DNA from: Longimicrobiales bacterium
GTDB lineage: Bacteria; Gemmatimonadota; Gemmatimonadetes; Longimicrobiales; Gaopeijiaceae
Assembly (NCBI GenBank): GCA_965219445.1
Contig: CBDCNQ010000003.1
Location: 64,001-128,000 of the forward strand
Length of the DNA stretch: 64,000 nt
Direction: 5' to 3'
A program made the position numbers and the translations under genes. The notes below the pieces were generated by a model. The model was not told where the DNA came from and made no database searches. It worked only from the letters and a program-made list of their open reading frames with translations. Of this stretch, positions 38,723 to 47,340 are shown piece by piece (the stretch's first letter is position 1; every line of letters begins with the position of its first letter).

Positions 38723-40801
38723 ATGAGGAATGAAATGGAGATGGCCAGACGTAATGCACCGCGGCTCAGGCAGAGAGCGAACGGATTGTATCGTGCCCTG
38801 GGGTTCAGCGTTCTGCTGGCGGCACCGGCATCCCTCGTCGCGCAGAGTGCACCTGGGACGGCGAACGGAGAGTGGCGATATCTGGGTGGGGACGCCGCCC
38901 ATACCCGGTATTCGCCCCTGGACCAGATCGACGCCAGTAACTTCGAGGATCTGGAGATCGCGTGGATCTGGCGGGCGGACAACTTCGGCCCCACGGTCGA
39001 CTATGCGTTCAAGTCCACACCAAGCTTCGTCGACGGGATGCTCTTCACTGCGGTGAGCGAGCGGCGGCAGGTGGCTGCCATCGATCCTGCTACGGGTGAA
39101 ACCCTTTGGGTCTTCCGCGAGCCCAACACGTTGCGGTGGGAACGCTCCATGCGGCAGAACTATGGAAAGGGAGTGACGTACGCAGAGGTCGATGGCCGCG
39201 GGGTCGTCTATATCACCACGCCCGGTTTCTTCCTTCACGCGCTCGACGCCAAGACGGGGCGGCCGCTGGAAGGATTCGGAAGGCCCGTTCCGATCGAAGG
39301 CTTTCCTGAGACGGGGGTTGTGGATCCCCTGGAAGATCTCGTGAGGGACTGGCTACCCTTTGAGGAGCTCGGCCAGCAGTTCGACCATTATGCGGGAATT
39401 CCCCGGGAAATTGGAATGATCACCGCTTCGGCGCCGCCCATCGTGGTGAACGACGTGATCGTGGTGGGTAATTCCCACGAGCAGGGTTACAACCAGACAC
39501 GGGTCGAGAACGTGCCGGGTGACATCATGGGCTACGATGCCCGGACCGGTGAGTTTCTGTGGAAATTCCACGTCATCCCGAGGCCCGGCGAATTCGGGCA
39601 CGAAACGTGGGAGAACGGCTCATGGCTTACCGCTGGGGACGTCTCGTCGTGGGCCCCCATGTCGGCGGATCCCGAGCGGGGCCTCGTATATATCCCCACC
39701 AATCCACCGACAATAGACTTTTATGGCGGCTTCCGCCCGGGAGACAACCTCTTCGGCACTAGTGTCATCGCCCTGGACGTCCAGACCGGGGAACGGGTAT
39801 GGCATTTCCAGACTGTTCATCACGACATCTGGAATTTCGACAATCCCACGGCCCCGATCCTGCTGGACGTGACGATAGACGGAGAGCCGACTCCGATCGT
39901 CGTCCAGACCACGAAGCAGGGCTGGGCCTACACCTTCAACCGGGAGACCGGCGAGCCGATTTGGCCCATCGAGGAACGCCCGGTGCCGCAGTCTGAGGTT
40001 CCGGGTGAGCAACTGTCTCCTACTCAGCCATTTCCCACGTGGCCGCTGGCGTACGAAGAGCAGGGGCTCACCGAGGACGACCTGATCGATTTCACGCCCG
40101 AGCTCCGTTTAGATGCACTGGGGATCATTCAGAACTACCGGATCGGACCCATCTTCAACCCGCCGATCCAGATGGGCCATCCGTCCGGCCTGCGCTCGTT
40201 CGTCAGCTGCCCGTCGGGTGCGACCAACATCCCCGGTCCGACGTCCGCCGATCCGGAGACCGGGATTCTCTATGTGTCGTCCAACAAGGGGTGTCGGTCC
40301 GAGAGGCTCGTTCCCGGCCGCGATATCGATGAACCCGACGACATCATGACCACTGGCTCGACCTACTCGGACTTTGCCGTCCTCGATCGTGGAGACTTCA
40401 GGGGCCCTCAAGGCCTCCCGATCCACAAGCCTCCTTACGGCCGGATCACGGCCATCGACATGAACACAGGGGAGCACCTGTGGTGGATCCCCAACGGGGA
40501 CACACCCGAGCGAATCAGGAACCACCCTGCGCTGCAGGGGGTGGACCTGCCCAACACCGGCCAGACTTCGAAAGCCATCACGATGGTCACGAGGACGCTG
40601 CTCTTCACTGCCGAGGGTGGTGGAGGCGAGCCCCGTCTCCATGCCGTGGACAAGCAGACTGGCGAACGACTGGGGACCGTCGATCTGCCGGCCGCGGGCC
40701 AATACGGCATGATGACCTACATGCACGAAGGGAAGCAGTACGTTGTGGTGCAGACCGGCGGAAGGACCCCTGGAGCACTGGTGGCACTGCGGCTGCCGTA
40801 A
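38723..40801 (+). CDS. PQQ-dependent dehydrogenase (soluble glucose/quinate DH-like), no cytochrome
   Basis: RYSPLDQIDASNF, SADPERGLVYIPT, VWHFQTVHHDIWNFD, PIWPIEERPVP, KPPYGRITAIDM; exact start uncertain. Confidence 0.88.
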   Translation: MRNEMEMARRNAPRLRQRANGLYRALGFSVLLAAPASLVAQSAPGTANGEWRYLGGDAAHTRYSPLDQIDASNFEDLEIAWIWRADNFGPTVDYAFKSTPSFVDGMLFTAVSERRQVAAIDPATGETLWVFREPNTLRWERSMRQNYGKGVTYAEVDGRGVVYITTPGFFLHALDAKTGRPLEGFGRPVPIEGFPETGVVDPLEDLVRDWLPFEELGQQFDHYAGIPREIGMITASAPPIVVNDVIVVGNSHEQGYNQTRVENVPGDIMGYDARTGEFLWKFHVIPRPGEFGHETWENGSWLTAGDVSSWAPMSADPERGLVYIPTNPPTIDFYGGFRPGDNLFGTSVIALDVQTGERVWHFQTVHHDIWNFDNPTAPILLDVTIDGEPTPIVVQTTKQGWAYTFNRETGEPIWPIEERPVPQSEVPGEQLSPTQPFPTWPLAYEEQGLTEDDLIDFTPELRLDALGIIQNYRIGPIFNPPIQMGHPSGLRSFVSCPSGATNIPGPTSADPETGILYVSSNKGCRSERLVPGRDIDEPDDIMTTGSTYSDFAVLDRGDFRGPQGLPIHKPPYGRITAIDMNTGEHLWWIPNGDTPERIRNHPALQGVDLPNTGQTSKAITMVTRTLLFTAEGGGGEPRLHAVDKQTGERLGTVDLPAAGQYGMMTYMHEGKQYVVVQTGGRTPGALVALRLP

Positions 40802-40821
40802 TTGTCATAGTTCGTCTCGGC

Positions 40822-40923
40822 GTCCTGCGTGTGCGAGTGGATAACTTCAACCCCCTCGACAGCACGCCCGGAGACCGGTGTTGCTGGACGAACGGGTACT
40901 TGAGCGTAACCGTATCTCGTTAG
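40822..40923 (+). pseudogene. 3'-end remnant of a CCWTN-family gene
   Basis: VLRVRVDNFNPLDSTPGDRCCWTNGYLSVTVSR-stop. Confidence 0.78.
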
Positions 40924-40988
40924 CGGACGTTCAGAAGCCGTGCCAATGGCTCACTAGCGGACGTTCAGAAGCCGAGCCAATAACTCAC
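40921..40988. repeat. 34-bp tandem duplication of the DUF5916 gene 3' end (31/34 identical)
   Basis: tagcggacgttcagaagccgtgccaatggctcac / tagcggacgttcagaagccgagccaataactcac. Confidence 0.9.
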
Positions 40989-43691
40989 TTTGAGCGCGAA
41001 AAAATTGTCGCCGGAAGTCGCGAATGAACCGAACAGGTCACCCGGGCTAGCGCGGTCGCCGACCTCTTTGAGACCCGATCGATCCTGCTGCCAAACGACG
41101 AAGAGGGTGCTCCCAGGGCGCCACTCCCAGCGGATGACGGTGGTGCTGCGGAAAGAGCGCAGGTTGAAGTTCGGATTTGTGAGGACGAAGGTGTCGGCAC
41201 CGTCGTTGACCCGGTAATCCCCGTCCGGCAGACGCGCGATCGTCGTACCGTCCGTGCCGTACGTTCGGAGCATCCGGCTGCGTGGCTTAGGTAGCTCCCC
41301 AAGGTCGTAATAGCGCCCGCTGGCCGCGAACGGCTGGGCGTAAAGATCCAGGGTGAGATCCGGCTTGAGCGTGTAGCTCACCCGTGCCTCCATGGCGAGC
41401 GTCGTACGATCGATGAAGCCGAAGATGTACCGGCTGCCGAACGTGACAGGCGCCCCGCCCGCCCGCGTCGTCACATACTGTCTCGCATTCACCTCACGTT
41501 CGTATGAGGGTCTGAATGACAGCTGCCAGCGTGGACCCGGGACCATAGCGACGCTTCCTTCGACGCTCCCCGTCCACCCTCCCCAGTCGTCCCGTCCGTA
41601 CTGTAAAGCCCCACTCCACCGGGTCCGGTCCGTGGAGCTGTTTTCGAGGTCGATCGACGCCGACCATCCCTGCTCTGTTCCAACCGACGGACCTCCCCTC
41701 GTGAGGCGATGATCCTGAGCACGTGTGCTGAACTGTGCCGATACGCGTGTCGTCCAGAAGTTGGTCCACGTCAGTGCGGCACTGGAGTTCAATCTCGTGT
41801 TTTGGCGCTCGCCACCATAATTCCATTCGAAGCTCGGACCGACCCTGAAACGATAGCTTCTGAGCAGTGCTCCAGGTTGGGTCTCACGATACGTCAGTCC
41901 CCCCGAGGCCGTGATCCCATCGCCCGCGCCCAGACGCCCCATGTCGTTTAAAGCGAGTTCGGGCGTTTCGGAGTCGGAGGAGATATCCCAAAGCCAGTGC
42001 GTGCCGCTGATCTTTCGGGCCAGCAGCGTGGTCTTGGCTCCGAACATGCTCCGTCGGCTCGGGTCCACTTCCACATGAGTGGCGTCGGGCCGTTGAAGAT
42101 AACGCTCTCTCCCGCGCTGAGCGCTCAGGATGGCTTCTTTGCTTCCATCGATGCGGGTGACACCTCCGCTGATGGAAACTTCGTACGCACCTCCGCCGAG
42201 CCGCAACAGGGCCTCGCCCCCCACCATAAACGCATGGCGGCGCAGAAGTCCTGTCAAAGGATCACCGCGTTCGAGGTCGCGTTGAACGCCCGTCGCCATG
42301 AGGCTCGCTGTCGATCCAGCGGCCCCGAACTCCTGTTGGATCCGTACAAGGCCGTACAGGGTTCGAGGTGTGACACGTACTTCATCGAACGTTCCGGATG
42401 CGAGGTCGAAGGTTTGCGCGTACTCCGCCCCTGTGACTGCTCCCAAAACGCCCAACGACGTACCGGAGGGGAGTCGGCCGGTCAGCTTGGCAGCTCCCAG
42501 GATGGTCGTAACGCCTGGGACCTTGGCGAAGTCGCCCGCCGCCGTCCCTTGCGGAGGTGCTCCGATCCGCCGCGAATGGAAATAATTGGTCGTTGGACCG
42601 TTGATCAGACCGCTTCCTTCGATGAAGAACGGACGTCGCTCGGGAAAGATAGTCTCGCGGTCGGTCAGGTTGACGACGGCTGGATCCACCTCGACCTGTC
42701 CGAAGTCCGGTGTCACCGTGGCATCCAGCGTCAGATTGGGCCCGACTCCCATCTTGAAGTCTGCCCCGATGCGCCCCTCCAGGTTGAGCTCGTCGACAAA
42801 TGGATTCGCAGGGTCAGTATTGCCCCGGAGCGTTGAGCCGCCGGCGACGTAGGGCAGCACCTCGAGTCGGCCGCTCTGGTCGATCGCCTGGATTCCCCGA
42901 AGTTCGCCAAAGCGTGAAGCCCAAAAGTCCTCCGTTCGAGGCACGACCACCCAGTAGTCGTCCTCGTTCTGAGACGGAATCCAGCGGTGGATGTTCAAGC
43001 CCCAGGTCTGCTCGCGCCCCTCATTGAATCGCAGTTGTGTAAATGGAATCCACATCTCGGCGGTCCATCCCTGCGAATCGATCGTCACCGACGCCTCCCA
43101 AACCGGATCGAATCGCTGATCGATGGTCGCTTCAGTGTCGGAGAGGTGATAGTGGTCGAGCCGTACCCCCGAGGCCGTCACGCCAAACGTGTACGCCGTG
43201 CGACGGTCGAGGTACGTATCCAGCGAGATGAGGATGTACTCGGCGAGCTGCGCATCGCTTTGCCGACTCGTAACGAATGGCCCGCCGCGACGATCATTGC
43301 CGCCACCTTGAGCACCGGATCGTCGTTGCGCAGTATAGGGGCTATCTCGCCGGCCGAGTGGCGCCCGGATGCCTGAGGGGCCCGCGCCGCTGTACATGCG
43401 GGCACCGACATAGAGCGCGTCGTCGTCGTAGACGAACCGGACTTCGGTGCGATCGGTTGGAGGCGCTCCTTCAATCGGTTCCTTTTGGACGAAGTCGCCA
43501 ACCGGGGTAGCCAAGGCCCACACACCTTCATCGAGACGTCCGTCGACCCGAATCGAATCCGAGGGCACGCGGGTGGCCGTCGCTTGCTTGCGGTCGTCCA
43601 CGGACGCCACTTGGGCGGCCGTGGACGAAGCCGTTACGAGCGAAGCGGACAGGATCAAGGCGAAACGACGCGCAGCAACTAACTCGTTCAA
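40965..43691 (-). CDS. DUF5916 / CBM9-like domain outer-membrane protein (paralog of 4896-7751)
   Basis: VDGRLDE..W, EMWIPFTQLRF, PDFGQVEVD, ERRPFFIEG, WRPGSTLFVVW..KVSYW. Confidence 0.87.
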   Translation of the reverse strand: MNELVAARRFALILSASLVTASSTAAQVASVDDRKQATATRVPSDSIRVDGRLDEGVWALATPVGDFVQKEPIEGAPPTDRTEVRFVYDDDALYVGARMYSGAGPSGIRAPLGRRDSPYTAQRRSGAQGGGNDRRGGPFVTSRQSDAQLAEYILISLDTYLDRRTAYTFGVTASGVRLDHYHLSDTEATIDQRFDPVWEASVTIDSQGWTAEMWIPFTQLRFNEGREQTWGLNIHRWIPSQNEDDYWVVVPRTEDFWASRFGELRGIQAIDQSGRLEVLPYVAGGSTLRGNTDPANPFVDELNLEGRIGADFKMGVGPNLTLDATVTPDFGQVEVDPAVVNLTDRETIFPERRPFFIEGSGLINGPTTNYFHSRRIGAPPQGTAAGDFAKVPGVTTILGAAKLTGRLPSGTSLGVLGAVTGAEYAQTFDLASGTFDEVRVTPRTLYGLVRIQQEFGAAGSTASLMATGVQRDLERGDPLTGLLRRHAFMVGGEALLRLGGGAYEVSISGGVTRIDGSKEAILSAQRGRERYLQRPDATHVEVDPSRRSMFGAKTTLLARKISGTHWLWDISSDSETPELALNDMGRLGAGDGITASGGLTYRETQPGALLRSYRFRVGPSFEWNYGGERQNTRLNSSAALTWTNFWTTRVSAQFSTRAQDHRLTRGGPSVGTEQGWSASIDLENSSTDRTRWSGALQYGRDDWGGWTGSVEGSVAMVPGPRWQLSFRPSYEREVNARQYVTTRAGGAPVTFGSRYIFGFIDRTTLAMEARVSYTLKPDLTLDLYAQPFAASGRYYDLGELPKPRSRMLRTYGTDGTTIARLPDGDYRVNDGADTFVLTNPNFNLRSFRSTTVIRWEWRPGSTLFVVWQQDRSGLKEVGDRASPGDLFGSFATSGDNFFALKVSYWLGF

Positions 43692-43743
43692 GACAGCGAC
43701 TGCACTCGCCCCAGCCCGATTCGGTGGGCCTGTCGCGAAAGCA

Positions 43744-45240
43744 TCATCGATTCAGGCTATACAAACCCACATCCGCGTTACCGGTGCCACTGCATCCTGT
43801 CTCTTCCCCATAACGCAGGAACTTCTGGATCCGCTGGCCCGTGTCGACCTCTCCGGTATAGAGGTTCCCCTGCGAATCGATGCTGACGACATGGACCCAG
43901 TGGAATTCGCCGATCTGGCGGCCCGAGCGTCCGATACGGTCCAGTTCGTGCAGGTTTTCCCGGTTGAGGATGTAGATCGTGCCGTTAGCCAGGTCTTCCA
44001 CGTAGAGGCAGGTCTGCCCTGGATCGGTGGAGAAGTTCACCGCCCCCGAAGTGCCACTCGCCGTATGCGGCGCAATGTGGACCTCACCGACGAAGCCGCA
44101 CACGCCGGGCTCCGCGTTGGGGTTGCTGCACACTTCGCCGACTTGGTTCACGTCGAATATCTGCACACGGTTGTTGCCCCGATCGCAGGCATACAACAGT
44201 CCGTCGACGCTGAGTTTCGCACAGTGGAGCGGGCTCCGGAAAAACCGTGGCTTCATGTTGCCGGACTGATAGTCGGCACTCCACGGGCCGGCGTCGTAGG
44301 GGTCGATATCCGTGCCATCGGGATCATCCACTGGGTTCTGACCATACGCGCCGAAGTGACCCACGTATTGGCCCGTCTCTGCCTCGACGATCAAAATGCG
44401 TCGATTTCCATAGCCGTCCGCGATGTAAAGGAGATTCGTCTCCGGGTCGACCGTCATGTCCGCCACCAGATAAGGCTGCGGAGTCCCGTTGGGTCCGCCA
44501 CTGATGTTCTCGCTGTCCGGACCTTCCATTCCGGCATGGCCGATCTGATAAATAAACTCGCCGTCTGCCGTAAACTTCAAGACGTGTGAATCGTCCCCGA
44601 AGGTTGCCGCCCACGGAAAGTCGCCAAAGAAATTCTGCCCATTTCCAGAGATGTAGACGAAATCATTGTGGTCTACGAAGATGCCGTGCTCGCGGGCCGG
44701 CCAGGAACAGCCATCCTCCTCGCGGCAATTCTCTTCGAGAAAGCCTGGGTCGGCCGGGCCACCCCACGCGTCCAGCAGATTCCCCGCCGGGTCGAACTTG
44801 AGGACCGAAGGTGCCGGAACGCAGCAGCCGGCACGTTGGTCGGCAAAAGGCCTGGGATGTCCCAAACCGCTCACCGGGACGCCGTTTTCGTTCATACCAG
44901 CGATGCCCAAGCCGGCGGCGGCGCTTGCGTCGAGCGCTCGAGGCCGGTGGTACACCCAGATGTTGTCGTGCTGATCGACGAACAGACCACCGATTTGGCT
45001 CACTCGCCAGTTGTTCGGCAGGGGCTTTGGCCAGCCCGCATCCACGACGAAGCTCGGGGCAGATCCGCCCTCGGGAACACGGGGGGTCGTCCGTTGTGCC
45101 AGGCGCTCAAATGCGCCGCTCATATCGAGTGCGGCCACCGCGTCGACCGCGCCATCCATTCCACGTTCCGAGTCGGCGCACCCGGTTGAAAGAGCACAGC
45201 CCAGTAGGGTGGCCATGGCTGCGTATTTGAGGTGCTTCAT
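43744..45240 (-). CDS. NHL-repeat lipoprotein, PAL-like
   Basis: Lipobox LSTGC; VDAGWPKPLPNNW, EHGIFVD, IADGYGNRRI, PLHC, CDRGNNRVQ, WVHVV. Confidence 0.87.
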   Translation of the reverse strand: MKHLKYAAMATLLGCALSTGCADSERGMDGAVDAVAALDMSGAFERLAQRTTPRVPEGGSAPSFVVDAGWPKPLPNNWRVSQIGGLFVDQHDNIWVYHRPRALDASAAAGLGIAGMNENGVPVSGLGHPRPFADQRAGCCVPAPSVLKFDPAGNLLDAWGGPADPGFLEENCREEDGCSWPAREHGIFVDHNDFVYISGNGQNFFGDFPWAATFGDDSHVLKFTADGEFIYQIGHAGMEGPDSENISGGPNGTPQPYLVADMTVDPETNLLYIADGYGNRRILIVEAETGQYVGHFGAYGQNPVDDPDGTDIDPYDAGPWSADYQSGNMKPRFFRSPLHCAKLSVDGLLYACDRGNNRVQIFDVNQVGEVCSNPNAEPGVCGFVGEVHIAPHTASGTSGAVNFSTDPGQTCLYVEDLANGTIYILNRENLHELDRIGRSGRQIGEFHWVHVVSIDSQGNLYTGEVDTGQRIQKFLRYGEETGCSGTGNADVGLYSLNR

Positions 45241-45481
45241 ATTTCCCCCGCTGTGTTCGATCGTCGTCTATTGGACTTCTTCGAAGAAGTCGTCTGCCGT
45301 CGCTAGCGCACGAAAACCTGTCATCATGGCCGGGTCGCCCTTCTCTCGCAACACTCCCCGGCCCTGCTGCGATGCGTTAGAAATCACCTCCCACAACCTG
45401 GACCGTGTGGTCAGTCCGGCTAAGTTTCTCAACGATTGACTTCCTCAACGATCCACACGTTCGAATGCGGGAGGGCCCGTA

Positions 45482-45961
45482 ATGAGTAGTGTGAATTTGA
45501 ATCATTCTTTGGTTACGGTCTCGCTCCCGCTGGTCTGGGCTCTCGCCCTGACGGCGTGTGGCTCGGTCCAGCAGCCGGAGACTATTGCCCCTTCTCCCGG
45601 CTCGTCACAGCCCGAGGTTGCCACGCCTGCCGGCACCTCGGTATTGGACGGTGTCTTCACGGAACGGCAAGCCACTCGGGGCGAGACGAGGTTCGGGCAA
45701 GTGTGTGCGGGCTGCCACAGAATCAACGAATTCGCTGGCGGCAGGTTTAGAGTCGTTTGGGTGGGCCGCACGGTAGGGGACCTCTTTCAGACGATTTCGA
45801 CACTGATGCCCGAAGACAACCCGGGTAGCTTGAGCCCCGAGGAATATGCCGCCATCGTCGGATACATATTGAGGGAGAACCGCTATCCGGCGGGCGATGC
45901 AGACCTGGCGGCCGACGCGTCTGCGCTACAAGACATACCCATCGAGGCACCCGGCGCGTAG
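45482..45961 (+). CDS. Monoheme cytochrome c lipoprotein
   Basis: Lipobox LTAC; GVFTERQATRG..CAGCH..LMPEDNPGSL; same fold as the N-terminal domains of the PQQ enzymes. Confidence 0.88.
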   Translation: MSSVNLNHSLVTVSLPLVWALALTACGSVQQPETIAPSPGSSQPEVATPAGTSVLDGVFTERQATRGETRFGQVCAGCHRINEFAGGRFRVVWVGRTVGDLFQTISTLMPEDNPGSLSPEEYAAIVGYILRENRYPAGDADLAADASALQDIPIEAPGA

Positions 45962-46011
45962 CGTCCGCACGAGAAGTCCACCTCGCCTCCGCCGTCGATA
46001 CGTCCGACTCC

Positions 46012-46050
46012 CTAACGGGTGACGGTCACCTCAACGTAGCCGTCAACCCA
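46012..46050 (-). pseudogene. Possible short 3'-end remnant of a CCWTN-family gene
   Basis: WVDGYVEVTVTR-stop versus WTNGYVEVTVSP-stop of 37397-38329. Confidence 0.5.
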
Positions 46051-46156
46051 CCCTCGAGTTGCCGGTCCCGGCACAGTAAGGCATGATGACGCACTCGCAC
46101 GAAGGCGACGACGGGCCGTGCGCGCGTAATGGCCCGAACCTGGGTAAGGAGAGATC

Positions 46157-46732
46157 ATGAAAACAGTAATGTTATTGGTCCCGGCGTTTGCCGGGACCTT
46201 CATCCTCGGTCGTTTGGTGGGGCAGGAGGTACAGACATTTTGCGACGAATGTGAGTCGACGTATGTCGGCGTCGAGGAAATCCGAGAGTACCTCGAGGTC
46301 GCGAGTGCCGATCAACAGGTTCGATCGGTGGACGTCGGGGAGGCACAGGTGCAGGTCGCCATTTCCCATCGGGGGAGATTGACGGAACCGGGAGGCGTCG
46401 CCGAGCACGACCTCGTCACCGAGGTCTACTATGTGATCAGCGGATCCGGGACGAACGTGACGGGTTCCGATCTGGTCAATGCAAGGCCGAGACCCCCTGA
46501 TAACCGTGCCGTGCAATTTCTTAACGGACCGGGCCACAACGCCACCGAGATCCGGAATGGCACGACCAACGAGCTAAAGGCGGGTGACATCCTTGTAATC
46601 CCTGCCGGTACCGGTCACCAGTTCACAAGGATCGATGATCACATCAGGTACGTGATGATCCGGGTCGATCCCCGCAAGGTGGTTCCGTTGATGGACGAGG
46701 CGGATTCGAGAGCATACCTGAGGAACCGTTAG
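46157..46732 (+). CDS. Exported cupin-domain protein
   Basis: EHDLVTEVYYVISGSG and GDILVIPAGTGHQF cupin motifs; AGGAG RBS. Confidence 0.87.
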   Translation: MKTVMLLVPAFAGTFILGRLVGQEVQTFCDECESTYVGVEEIREYLEVASADQQVRSVDVGEAQVQVAISHRGRLTEPGGVAEHDLVTEVYYVISGSGTNVTGSDLVNARPRPPDNRAVQFLNGPGHNATEIRNGTTNELKAGDILVIPAGTGHQFTRIDDHIRYVMIRVDPRKVVPLMDEADSRAYLRNR

Positions 46733-46777
46733 CTATCCCCTCGCCCTCGTGCTTGGGGTGCCCGTGGAACGGTGGGC

Positions 46778-47254
46778 CTATGGCCTGAACCGCTCGTACT
46801 TCGACACGCTCTGCCGGGAAAGGTCGTTGGCGTAAATGTTGCCCTCGAAATCCACGCCCACGAACTCGATGCCGGCGCCCCCCGCCGACGCGTAGTTGGG
46901 TATGAAGGCGGTCACCCACCCGCTTTTCGCGTCGCCGATTCGTATACCCTGCTCCCATCCAGGGTTGTCTCGCCATGCGGGGCGCTCCAACCCCGACAAG
47001 CCGTCGACCACATAGAGGACATCGTCACGATCGATGAAGAGGCCGCTCGGCTTTCCGAATTGCGTCCATATCGTGAGGAGATTGCCTCCCTGGTCGAAGA
47101 TCTGTATCCGACTGTTGCCTCGATCCGCGACGAAGAGCCGGCCCGCGGAGTCCATCGCAAGGCCATGCGGATCATCAAACCGGCCCGCTTCCTTGCTTTC
47201 TGAACCGACACCCCCACCCACCTGGAGAAGAAACTTGCCGTCGGGCGAGAACAT
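46778..47254 (-). pseudogene. 5'-truncated NHL-repeat gene
   Basis: Begins mid-blade (FSPDGKFLL..PHGLAMD..VADRGNSRIQ); in-frame TAG 12 codons upstream; no signal peptide. Confidence 0.72.
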
Positions 47255-47340
47255 GAGCTGCTTCCACCCTTCGTGCAGATACCTGATCTACGAGAAATTC
47301 GCAACGGGTGGCGCCGCGACCAGCGGAGCAGCGGGCCCGC

